IMG/VR virus record: IMGVR_UViG_3300035138_000088
DNA: 33,601 nt
DNA from: an uncultured virus (IMG/VR IMGVR_UViG_3300035138_000088)
Lineage: Duplodnaviria; Heunggongvirae; Uroviricota; Caudoviricetes
Reading direction: 5' to 3' (one strand)
The notes under the pieces are model-generated. The model searched no databases, was not told where the DNA came from, and worked only from the letters and a program-made list of their open reading frames with translations. Both the position numbers and the translations under genes were made by a program. Within the stretch, counting starts at the first letter, position 1; each line of letters opens with the position of its first letter. Positions 17,703 through 27,000 of this stretch are shown here, in pieces.

Positions 17703-18083
17703 TTATTCACCACAATCGGCGCATAAATCATCCGAATGTTTATTCAAGAACCAATCAACTATTGGTTCAACTTCCTTGGCTTCCATGAATTTTCCAGTCT
17801 TGCAAACTTTACTTTCAATTCCAGCTTTCTTTGCGCGACCACAAACACACTTAAGGATTTTCTTCCATCCTTTTGGCTTGATTTGCATCAACCTAGCAAT
17901 AGCATTTTTAATATGTGCTGGGTCATGGGCTGGATAAGTCCTGTTTGGACCGCAGAAAGCAGAGTCTGGAAGCTTCTCTCGCGCTTTATACGTCAGTTTA
18001 GCTTCTCCAAAAGGAAGCCCCTCTAGTTCAACAATTGCATCTATATAACCAGCGGTGTCGTTAGTATTCATATGGAATCCCAT
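17703..18083 (-). CDS. DUF6582-like small basic domain protein (putative internal head protein)
   Basis: REKLPDSAFCGPNRTYPAHDPAHIKNAIARL, flanked by FGEA and FMEA; C-terminal IVDWF. Confidence 0.65.
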   Translation of the reverse strand: MGFHMNTNDTAGYIDAIVELEGLPFGEAKLTYKAREKLPDSAFCGPNRTYPAHDPAHIKNAIARLMQIKPKGWKKILKCVCGRAKKAGIESKVCKTGKFMEAKEVEPIVDWFLNKHSDDLCADCGE

Positions 18084-18138
18084 AATATATAAAGGCTTGC
18101 CATGCTTATAAGTTTTGTTTTATAGAAAGGTTTATTAA
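18083..18138. promoter_or_regulatory. Divergent TATA promoters
   Basis: Minus strand AAAACTTATAAGCATGGCAAGCCTTTATATATT-ATG; plus strand AAAGGTTTATTAA at 18126-18138. Confidence 0.6.
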
Positions 18139-18331
18139 GACGCATTACCATATTTCGATTAAAAAAGAGGTTGAAAGATGCAAAAAGGAATGCAAGGTTT
18201 TCGATGTCGGAAGAGTTTTCTTACATGCTTCAATGTTTTACGACTCTCACATGTAGGTTTTAGCTCGCCGATTCGTAGTTCACACACACCTTCCTTGCAC
18301 AGTTTTTCAGCCAAATTATGGAGATAAATAA

Positions 18332-18850
18332 ATGCCAGACGGAAAAAAAGAAGAAAACCAAATCCCAAATTATGCACCCGATGAAAGCGAAATGGAAAGC
18401 GGAACAACAAGTACACCAACAGATTATCCTCTTTTCAAAAAACTCGATGCATTAATAGCCATAGAAACAAGGATAGCAGTAGCCGTAGAAGCAATAGCCG
18501 CAAACATGTCACCAAAAACAACTACTGGTGCAATCAAAGAAGAGAAACCTAAAGAAGCACCGAAACCAGCAACACCAGCACCAGCTCCTGAACCTAAACC
18601 AGAACCTAAACCCGAACCTACACCAGTCGCACAGCCAGCACAAGCTTCCAATGTAGAAAAAATAATGGCTAACTTCCCAGCGGACCTCGAACAGCTACTT
18701 TCATTCGACGACAAAGGCAGTTACATCATGATAAAACCGAGACAATTCTTGGGTTCAGAGAATTTCGCAAAAATCGCATCCACCGTCAGAGGACTCGGTG
18801 GAGAATACATAAGCGCGGGAAAAGACTCTCACTTCCGAGTGAAAGTCTAA
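18332..18850 (+). CDS. Conserved archaeal hypothetical protein (Bathyarchaeia-type C-terminal domain) with a Pro-rich linker
   Basis: FPADLEQLLSF...IKPRQFLGSENFAKIASTVRGLGGEYISAGKDSHFRV. Family resemblance is from memory and unverified. Confidence 0.6.
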   Translation: MPDGKKEENQIPNYAPDESEMESGTTSTPTDYPLFKKLDALIAIETRIAVAVEAIAANMSPKTTTGAIKEEKPKEAPKPATPAPAPEPKPEPKPEPTPVAQPAQASNVEKIMANFPADLEQLLSFDDKGSYIMIKPRQFLGSENFAKIASTVRGLGGEYISAGKDSHFRVKV

Positions 18851-18901
18851 AGCTGAACTAAAGCTTTAAATACTCCCCTTTTTATTATATATTAATGTAA
18901 A

Positions 18902-19849
18902 ATGGTGATTTATTTGTTTGGAAAGAATAAAAGCCAGCTTCCAAAAATTAAATTATGGGACGGAACAACCGTTCACGCATCTATTGACACTCTACTTATG
19001 CAAGACATAACATTAAAATTGAAGGAACTAGGATTCGACGCTGAACATAAAGCGTGGTGGAGTTTAGAAGACCTTCACAACGGGAAAGTAGCCTTTGTTA
19101 CCCATACAAGAAGATTAGCAACAGTCAATCCTTACAGCGTTAGTCAGAGAGACTCAGAAAAATTCATGATTCAAATGTTCAAAGGAGCTCTCCCGAAAAA
19201 CATTTCAATGATGGTTGCGGCACACGGACACACTATGAGGGGAACAATAGACGACGAGCCTTTTAGAATCATTAATTCGCCATGTTTCACATCATTCTTG
19301 GAATATCCGAAAGCATTAGCTAACTTCATGCATTTCCAGCCAGACATCGGTGCGGTATTCATAATCATCACAAAAGAGGGAAGAACGAGAATTCAACCTT
19401 GGATTTATCATCCGTTCGTCTACAATCATAACGAAAGCAAAATTTACGAAAGTAACAATGATACTCACAAATTCGTCGAAATGAAAGACAAGCAGAAAGA
19501 AAAAGTAGAAATCGAGCCCTATCTAAAAGCAATGTGTAAAGATGCAAGATTCATAGTATGTGTAATAGCAGACTTACACTGCGGAGAAGTAGGAGCTATA
19601 GCCCCAGAAAAGTACGTCTACAACGGAATGGAATATAACGTAACGCAAACTCTGGCAAATGCGCGGCTATTTGAATATTGGAAAAACTTGGTAGCTACAT
19701 GTAAAGAACTTAAGCCCCATGAAATCTGGGTTGTAGGAGACGTTACCGCTGGAACACAAATCTTCGAAAAGAACCGTCGAACATTAACTCAAAACTTGGA
19801 AGAACAAAAAGCAATGGTTGTAGAGCTCTTCAAGGAGTTCCTTAAATAA
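18902..19849 (+). CDS. Calcineurin-like metallophosphoesterase, circularly permuted
   Basis: Motif order GTTVH (III), VTH (IV), AHGH (V), PDIG, then ADLHCG (I), VVGD (II). Confidence 0.8.
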   Translation: MVIYLFGKNKSQLPKIKLWDGTTVHASIDTLLMQDITLKLKELGFDAEHKAWWSLEDLHNGKVAFVTHTRRLATVNPYSVSQRDSEKFMIQMFKGALPKNISMMVAAHGHTMRGTIDDEPFRIINSPCFTSFLEYPKALANFMHFQPDIGAVFIIITKEGRTRIQPWIYHPFVYNHNESKIYESNNDTHKFVEMKDKQKEKVEIEPYLKAMCKDARFIVCVIADLHCGEVGAIAPEKYVYNGMEYNVTQTLANARLFEYWKNLVATCKELKPHEIWVVGDVTAGTQIFEKNRRTLTQNLEEQKAMVVELFKEFLK

Positions 19850-19959
19850 TGGAAGCAAAAGATTGCACACACTTAGATGAATGGACAGAAGAATGCAAGG
19901 ACTGCTCTTCATTTGGTACAGTTTGTTATCCAAAAAATACTCCTTCAAAACTTTATTAG
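19849..19959 (+). CDS. 36-aa Cys4 microprotein (not in ORF track)
   Basis: TAATG-coupled start; MEAKDCTHLDEWTEECKDCSSFGTVCYPKNTPSKLY; stop abuts the next ATG. Confidence 0.55.
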   Translation: MEAKDCTHLDEWTEECKDCSSFGTVCYPKNTPSKLY

Positions 19960-20256
19960 ATGATAAAAGTGAAACATAAGAGCTTCCGTGAATGGTTCAA
20001 AAACGACTATTTAATGAGAGTAAACCTCTCATCCGAACTTATTAACGGAAACAAAACTCTTTCTATGCGTCAAGAAAGGATATGCGTAACGGCTGAAAAA
20101 ATCATAGCCAACCCAAGTATTTCTTTAGAAGAGTTACGCCGAAAGATTTCAATCGAATTCTTTATAACGATGCGTTGCGCTCTAGACTATATCAATTACG
20201 CTAAGATGCTGATTGATGAATGGAAAGAAAGTCTGGTAGCTAAAAATGTCCAATAA
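19960..20256 (+). CDS. Putative HTH DNA-binding protein
   Basis: NPSISLEELRRKISIEFFITMRCALDYI helical pattern. Confidence 0.45.
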   Translation: MIKVKHKSFREWFKNDYLMRVNLSSELINGNKTLSMRQERICVTAEKIIANPSISLEELRRKISIEFFITMRCALDYINYAKMLIDEWKESLVAKNVQ

Positions 20257-20701
20257 TTTCGACTTTGACGCATGGCTAAAAAAGCATAATGAGTTAGTAG
20301 AACTAGCCCAAAAACTATTTGTGGATAGAGGATTAAACGCCATAATAACTAAAGATGAAAAGAAACCAAGTTATGTACGAATTTTCTTTGGCAAAAAAAC
20401 CATAGATTTCAAAGTAAAAGAAGTCAATACTAGAATGGGTAAATCCGTGTGGCTATGTAAAGACAGTGATTTTGACCCCGATGACAACTTTCTTATCCGC
20501 ACGAGAAGGGAAGACTTCTGGATTATAATAACTGGCAAGGATGCTGACCGAGAAGGAGAATACAAAGAGAGCGACTATCAAGAGGGCGTAAAATACGTGG
20601 TAGCTCCTATGGAAATAGCCAGACCAGCCAAAACATTCATTAAACTCATGAAAGCAAGGCTTGATAGTCAGATGCAAAAGCGGATTAGTGACTTTTCTTA
20701 G
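20246..20701 (+). CDS. Hypothetical protein (possibly degenerate restriction-endonuclease fold)
   Basis: 151-aa ORF; IDFKVKE is only weakly nuclease-like. Confidence 0.45.
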   Translation: MSNNFDFDAWLKKHNELVELAQKLFVDRGLNAIITKDEKKPSYVRIFFGKKTIDFKVKEVNTRMGKSVWLCKDSDFDPDDNFLIRTRREDFWIIITGKDADREGEYKESDYQEGVKYVVAPMEIARPAKTFIKLMKARLDSQMQKRISDFS

Positions 20702-20750
20702 GAAACCTTTTTAAGGAACCCAACACAGAATTAATATAAAGTGGATTTGA

Positions 20751-21137
20751 ATGGTAACAGCGTCTAAAGCCAAACTCAGAGAGGACATGCGCCGAATAAA
20801 ACTCGTGAAGCAAACCGAAGACCACGACAGGGACACTTGCACTTGCGAAGGATGCCAATATTTCCACCTATTCGGTACAATTATACAAAACGGTATAATG
20901 TACTATGTAGAAAAAGATTGGAAGAAAATCCCGCCAGAAGAGTGGTATAGGTCATTTGAAAGGTTCAGAAGATATAGGGAAGACAAGAAAGTTACCATCG
21001 AACAAATCAAAGAGGAATTACGGCGACGTAAAGTTCCAGAAAACAAGATTAAAGAGGCTTTAGAACAAATCATGATGGACATGGTTCCACATGTAGTATT
21101 TACCAAAACACCACAAGGAGTAATGAGGGAAATCTAA
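20751..21137 (+). CDS. Hypothetical protein with a CxCxxC motif
   Basis: HDRDTCTCEGC; own TATA-like promoter at about 20703-20740. Confidence 0.6.
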   Translation: MVTASKAKLREDMRRIKLVKQTEDHDRDTCTCEGCQYFHLFGTIIQNGIMYYVEKDWKKIPPEEWYRSFERFRRYREDKKVTIEQIKEELRRRKVPENKIKEALEQIMMDMVPHVVFTKTPQGVMREI

Positions 21138-21407
21138 ATGAGTGAAGGTAAACTCTATGAGAAGATTTCGGACATTCATGCAGACAATGATGTTATTGTC
21201 GAAGCATTTATGGTTCTGGATAAAGCCAAAAAAGAATTAGACGAAAAATTGGCAACAATCATCAAAAATTCAGAGATATTAAGTACCGATACTGAAAAGG
21301 AAAAACTATTAAAAAAGATAGTCATTATGGATGCATGTTTGGATACTTATAAAAATTGGGTCAAAAAATATTTTGGTGGAAAAAATGGGAAAAAACAGAA
21401 AAAATAA
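21138..21407 (+). CDS. Hypothetical helical protein
   Basis: Start abuts the upstream stop. Confidence 0.55.
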   Translation: MSEGKLYEKISDIHADNDVIVEAFMVLDKAKKELDEKLATIIKNSEILSTDTEKEKLLKKIVIMDACLDTYKNWVKKYFGGKNGKKQKK

Positions 21408-21627
21408 ACATAGACATCAACATGTTCATGTTCCGCAAAAGAGACGTGAACCACAAACTGAAAAGGAAATCTTGGAAGCGATAGGACAATTAGAGATGAG
21501 AAGGATGAATCTTGGACACTATCCAAGTATTCGCAGAGTAGCCTATGATGATGCAATAACTCAATCAATAACGAAACTCCGAGAAAAACTGGCAATTTTA
21601 AGAGCGGAAAAGAAAAATGCTCAATGA
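21385..21627 (+). CDS. Basic His-rich hypothetical protein
   Basis: Likely ATG 21385 after GGTGG RBS: MGKNRKNKHRHQHVH... Confidence 0.55.
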   Translation: MGKNRKNKHRHQHVHVPQKRREPQTEKEILEAIGQLEMRRMNLGHYPSIRRVAYDDAITQSITKLREKLAILRAEKKNAQ

Positions 21628-22129
21628 TGTCGTTACTGGACAATGTTACTTAGTATGTAAAGCTTGCGGCTGGATAGAAGGACCTTACCCTTCTGACACG
21701 TTATTCGCTGGACCAGCGGGACAAATACCATGTCCGAATTGTGGTAAAGCTAAAGTGAACAAAAACATCGAAGTTTATGGCAATGTAAATGTTATGAAAC
21801 TTGTCCCCAGTGAAGACTTTACTCTCACTGGATTAATCAAAAAATGCGGTGAAGCCGCCAACAAGAAGGGTTGGAGAGTTAAATGGGATGGACCAGCAAG
21901 AGAGTCTTTTCCAACATTCGTAACCCTTACCGCTCATGAGTTACTTGATGCCGTAGACAAGGGATGGCGCGACAATAACAGACCAAAAGCCTTCGAAGAA
22001 TTAGGCGACAGTTTAGTTCGACATTTCCATATAATTCACGATTTGAATGTCCAAATGCCAACGATTCTACGGAGAATTCTCAAAGAGAACGAGAACCGTC
22101 CATACAAGCATGGGCGAGAATTCCTGTAA
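21617..22129 (+). CDS. Zn-ribbon fused to MazG-like NTP pyrophosphohydrolase
   Basis: CKACG..CPNCG, then KKGW, HELLDA, EELGD, NENRPYKHG. Confidence 0.7.
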   Translation: MLNDVVTGQCYLVCKACGWIEGPYPSDTLFAGPAGQIPCPNCGKAKVNKNIEVYGNVNVMKLVPSEDFTLTGLIKKCGEAANKKGWRVKWDGPARESFPTFVTLTAHELLDAVDKGWRDNNRPKAFEELGDSLVRHFHIIHDLNVQMPTILRRILKENENRPYKHGREFL

Positions 22130-22184
22130 CTAAACCATAAACCTTATATACAATAACCAAGCCTAATATAATTAGGTAATAAAA

Positions 22185-22652
22185 ATGGCTATGGATAGCA
22201 AAAAAGCTTTCGCCACAGCTACAATGGCATTGATTCTTCTCGCGGCTGTTTTTCTCGCTGGCAGTGTAGCTTTAGGACAAATTGACGTTTCGACGCTACC
22301 ACCACAACTAGCTGATACAGTCCTAAGTATTCAAGCGGTATTCAATTACGGACCAGTAGTTCTGTTTTCGGCATTCCTGTTCGGTATGTTTGGCTATTTG
22401 AAGAATATCTTTAAAGAAAAAGCTAAGGACGTACCCGAAGGCGTATATAACATAAACAAGACGTTGGAAACTATTATGCTGTTTCTCAGTGCAATCACGC
22501 CTTTCGTGACTATGCTTTCTACACCACCACTATCAACTTTGTATCCTAACGCTGGACCTATTGCAACCGTAGTTCTCGGTGCGGCAGTAGCAGTAATCAA
22601 AATAGCTAAAAGCCAAATGAAAGCTTTAAATGAAGAAAAGAATGGCTCATAG
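22185..22652 (+). CDS. Multi-pass membrane protein (holin-like candidate)
   Basis: About 4 hydrophobic segments, charged C-terminus; own promoter (CCTTATATA at 22142) and downstream TAGGC..GCCTA hairpin. Confidence 0.6.
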   Translation: MAMDSKKAFATATMALILLAAVFLAGSVALGQIDVSTLPPQLADTVLSIQAVFNYGPVVLFSAFLFGMFGYLKNIFKEKAKDVPEGVYNINKTLETIMLFLSAITPFVTMLSTPPLSTLYPNAGPIATVVLGAAVAVIKIAKSQMKALNEEKNGS

Positions 22653-22685
22653 GCGTTTTTAGCCTATCAGTTATTTCCCTATTTT

Positions 22686-23048
22686 TTATACCACTTTAAT
22701 AATGTCTATTATTACGGTCCAAGGGTAATTATGGTTGTTTGGATTCCATTCTGCTTCCAGTTTTGACATCCATACGGTAATGTTTAAACTATATTTTGCA
22801 TCTGTCAAATTTACTGTCGAACCAGAACTCACGATTTGGTCCAAAACGTATTTTTGTTGTGAAGTTACCCGTAAAATGTAAGCCATTTTAAATGGAGTTC
22901 TAGTCCATATATTATAATCTAATTCAACTCCTACTACAGGAACTGTACCTTGATTTAGAAATTCAGGTTCTGAACATTCACTTCCTTCAGAAAACAACAC
23001 ATCAACTATATAATCGAAGGTGTATCCAGCTAACGATATTGATGCCAT
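22686..23048 (-). CDS. Distal-tail (Dit)-like protein, paralog B
   Basis: Last gene of the tail operon; LRVTSQQKYVLDQI resembles paralog A. Confidence 0.45.
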   Translation of the reverse strand: MASISLAGYTFDYIVDVLFSEGSECSEPEFLNQGTVPVVGVELDYNIWTRTPFKMAYILRVTSQQKYVLDQIVSSGSTVNLTDAKYSLNITVWMSKLEAEWNPNNHNYPWTVIIDIIKVV

Positions 23049-23495
23049 TTTTATCATTTCTCCATATTACGTCAGTATGAACTGTTGTACTTTAAAGACT
23101 AAATCTGCTCTCCATTCACGCAAATCTGACCCGCCTCTACTTTTGTACTCATAAATTAATGGTTTCTTTAAGAACCAACAACCACTATAATACCACTCAT
23201 CATAACCGTCCCAATCCATTTCAGCTACTATTGTGAATCCACTGGTTCTATTGTTATATATATTCTGTAAAGTAGATTTTTGTGAATCACTTAATCTTAC
23301 AGTCATATATATTATTCGTGCTTTTAATACATACGAACTTGTGTCCACATAAGCTCCATCTGTCCTCATCGGAACGTCCCGTATGGCTGGCTGGCAAGAC
23401 TGTTCTTCCCGCCATGCTATAACGTCCGCTTGAAGGTTATAACCGAAACAAGGGCTATAGTCAATTATTACTGATGCCATTTTTATCATTTCTCC
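23040..23495. repeat. Perfect 24-bp direct repeat at 23040-23063 and 23472-23495
   Basis: TGATGCCATTTTTATCATTTCTCC (minus strand GGAGAAATGATAAAAATGGCATCA). Confidence 0.9.
23067..23480 (-). CDS. Distal-tail (Dit)-like protein, paralog A
   Basis: DVPMRTDGAYV..KARIIYMTVRL pattern, similar to Dit N-domains. Confidence 0.5.
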   Translation of the reverse strand: MASVIIDYSPCFGYNLQADVIAWREEQSCQPAIRDVPMRTDGAYVDTSSYVLKARIIYMTVRLSDSQKSTLQNIYNNRTSGFTIVAEMDWDGYDEWYYSGCWFLKKPLIYEYKSRGGSDLREWRADLVFKVQQFILT

Positions 23496-24004
23496 CTTAA
23501 ATGTACTGCCCTATATGGTAAAGTTTCCAGTTTCTTTCCAGCTATTAAGGTTCTATGCCACATGAAAACACATTCACATTCTGGCTTTCCCCTTTTCCAC
23601 CTATACAGCTTCTTTAATATGTCTGTTCTCCATAATGAACAGCCGAAACCGTAGTGTCCCATAGACTTCTCGTAATCTAAAGCAACCACTGCAACATCTT
23701 CTTGTTCATTAAGGATTTTCATTGCATCTTTAAAGAAAGTTTCTGGTATCTTAACGTCTGCATCAAGATTAAACGTGAATGGTGTCTTCACGAACTCATA
23801 GCCTCGTCTTCTGGCGAAACTTAACGCAAGGTCCTCTTTTAGATACGTTGAGGCATATTTCTCTAAGATTTCCCCGCCGCCGCTATCCACTACAACAACC
23901 TTGTATTTTCTAAGTTGTTTTTTGTTAGTTTCCAGAAACGAAGCTACTAATTCTTGAGGGGACTTTACTGGAATTACTATTGTTATGATTTTTGATTTAT
24001 TCAT
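23486..24004 (-). CDS. Compact GT2 glycosyltransferase inside the tail operon
   Basis: True start is probably ATG 24004 (GGAG RBS); ITIVIPV, VVVVDSG, ARRRG, NLDAD. Confidence 0.85.
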   Translation of the reverse strand: MNKSKIITIVIPVKSPQELVASFLETNKKQLRKYKVVVVDSGGGEILEKYASTYLKEDLALSFARRRGYEFVKTPFTFNLDADVKIPETFFKDAMKILNEQEDVAVVALDYEKSMGHYGFGCSLWRTDILKKLYRWKRGKPECECVFMWHRTLIAGKKLETLPYRAVHLREK

Positions 24005-24008
24005 TTTA

Positions 24009-27000
24009 TCATGTCTCCGAATAGTATGGATTAAGTTTCTCCCATTCCACTTTATAGTTATAGATGTATAGAATACAATATTTTGAGTTATCGGCATTTC
24101 TGTCTGCACTGAGTTTACCATAGAATGGATGAATAACCATCGTATTATCCACGTTTGCAACTATTGATGATGGCGGATATTTTTGTCCCTCAACATTTAA
24201 ATCGTAAACATTAAATATGATATATTTGCTGTTATCGTCTTGTAGTTCAGTTAAAATTTCAAGCTTGTATCTAATGTCATCGTTTTCATGGTCTGAAATC
24301 TCTATTTCCCTTACCAATTCGCTGTATTCGTTTGTTCCGTCAGTATTCCAAACTGCGTAAACTTTGAGTATGTTTCCGTCGGCTTCCTTTATTAACCTGA
24401 AGAAGAATCCGTAACTGTTTGCGCTATCATACATTCCCAATTCAACGTAGTCGCCAACGTTCCAATTGCATGCGTTTCCACCATTGATGTTTCCTGTAGT
24501 GTCTCTTATTGCCCTGATTTCGGCTTCGAATTTAGGATTCTGGTCCATTCTTACATCAAGTTGGTCTATGTAAGTTTCTCCTCTACGTTCAATCACGAAA
24601 CTGTCTGCTCCAGAACCTGAATTTGGACCCCACAAACCCATCCATTCGCTTTTATGCTTCCAATATTTGCCGTTAGCAAACGAGTAGTATTGAACTGAAG
24701 TTCCAGCGAAATGGTTTCCATATGGAGTATATCCAGTTGGAGACGGGTTAACGTACCAGCTTGGGTCAGTAATATCTTCGTCTGAACCTTCCCCATTTTT
24801 GGCTGTTTTAGAGAAAGATTCCGTCACAAGCTTCGAGTCAACCTTGTTTGCTTGGTCTGCTTCTCCAACCCAATCTGAAGTCAACACGCCAGTTAACCCA
24901 AGTTCCTTTAATCTCCTGTAAATGTCTTTTATTGCGTCTTCTGGGATTCTTCGTTTAGCGTCTATCGTAAGCACGACGTATTCTCCATTATTGTCTATTC
25001 TTTTCTGAATGTTATATATTCTATGTGCCCCACTTAATGATGTGATTGAATCAGTTACTGTAACCAAATCCCCGACATCATAAGCCATTGAAGCGTAAAC
25101 GTCTCGTGTAATAGGAATCTTTTTGGGTTCTCGGGCTGGGGCTGATTCGTCCAAAGCTATGTTAGCTAAAAGGTCAGCTACTTCTTTGCTTGCTATCGTC
25201 TTCTCCGTCAAAACGTCTTCGTAGAACGTATTTATGCTACTCATTTCAGCAGTATCTTCTGCCCAATCCGAATTCACTTTGTCCTGTCTTTGTCCCTCAG
25301 ATTTTCCGACAACTTTAACTCTTTGGGCTGTATCGCTAACACTACCATTCTTGCTTACTTCGCCTATATGTTGTCCTTTCTGGAATGATACAGAGCCCGA
25401 TACGTCTGTGCCTCTTTCGGTTGCTATGTGGAACGTGTTATTGGAATCCATTGCCAACCAGAATGCGTAAGGCGTATATGAATCGTGGGCTTGCTGGATT
25501 ATACTAGCTATAGCATCAAGTAATCTCGCTTTAGGAACGTTCAATGGACCAATTGGTGTAGTGTACGAATCGTCTTCAGAAAATGCTTGAATATACTGAT
25601 TAGTTGCGAATGATGGAGAACCAGTTTCTTTCCAGACCCTGTAATCAACATCGTCAGCCTTGTATAGGTATAACTGTGAAATAGCCCATGCATGGTCCGC
25701 ATCGTCTATCGTGATTCTTATCCTGAGATGAGACATGCTTTCTGGAGTCCAACTATGAATCACATCTTTGAATGTGTTATTGTTTTTATATCCAAGGTCT
25801 GTGTATGTTTCGGTAAGTAAATTGTTTAAGTCAACATCAGTGTGAGTAACTCCAGTTCCATCATTATATGTTAAACAACCATAGAGGTATCTAAATGTAT
25901 TTGATGCGCCAGCCATATCTACGTCTAATGTGTCAAATAATGTTCCATCTAATCCGCCAGTATAAATATAGGCTTTTACGTTTCCAGCCCTACGCTTAAT
26001 CCATATTGTATATGTAGTACCTTCGGTGATTTCGGAACTCGTATCAGTTGTTGCCGCTCCACCATTTATTTCTCTCAACTCAAAATATGGAGCAACACCA
26101 CCGTCGTCTTTTATAGCCATACCAAGATTGTTGCGGACACCGCCAGCCAATCCAACATAATCATCAACATCATTTGCTACAGCCCATATTCCAAGACATG
26201 CACTAGCAGTAATTGGGTCAGTTTGGACCGTAACTTCGAATATGTGGTCAAAATATGTAGTAAAATAGTCCGCTCCGAAATCTTTGTAAACGTATGCGTC
26301 TTCATTCATGTAGGCATCGAAATCTATTTGTGTTGCGGCTTTAGAAATGTGAGTATTAGGGTCTGTTTCAGTGTATCCAGTATAATTTTGCTGGTTATCT
26401 ACTATCTTTAATACGCCGTAATTGATTGGATAGCTTTCTTCATCCATTCTGCTTTCCATGTACAAACCAACAAGGGTTTCCGCTCCAGCTAAAACTACGT
26501 CGAACTCGTCATCTATTGTTTGTTCGCCGTCAGTTGTATAACTGAAAGTTAAATATACATGGTCAATGTAAGCATACAGAGTTGCTCCAGTTGATACCTC
26601 TAACTTTACACGAGCCGCATCTGCCTTGGCTACAGTGTTTATGACACTTGAAACATCAAAACTGTATGTCTGCCAAACTATTGGACCAAATACTGAACCT
26701 TTACCATCGAAATATCCAGCAAAATACCATGTAGAACCGTTGTCTGGAGATACGTATGCTTTCACTCTTGCTCTGTCTGCGAACCACCATGATGCATCTG
26801 GTCTCCAAAGTATGTTCAAGAAACATTTCTCTACGCTTGTTGCGTTAGCGTCCAACGTAGATAGATTTTCGAAACTGAAGATTCCTGTTTGTCCAGCAGT
26901 TTTCGAGTAAATGTATGATGTTGCATCTTCAGCGTCAATATATGGAGATGAACCAGCAGTAGACCAGTTATTGCTTATTAAAGCATCTACGTCTGCATCT

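Noticed and set aside
18159..18714. Minus-strand ORFs 18159-18419 and 18424-18714
   Set aside because: Shadows of the Pro-rich + strand gene; no RBS or promoter support
24005..24160. N-terminal extension of the GT2 given in the ORF track
   Set aside because: Overlaps the tail-tip gene out of frame; ATG 24004 has the RBS and begins the GT2 fold
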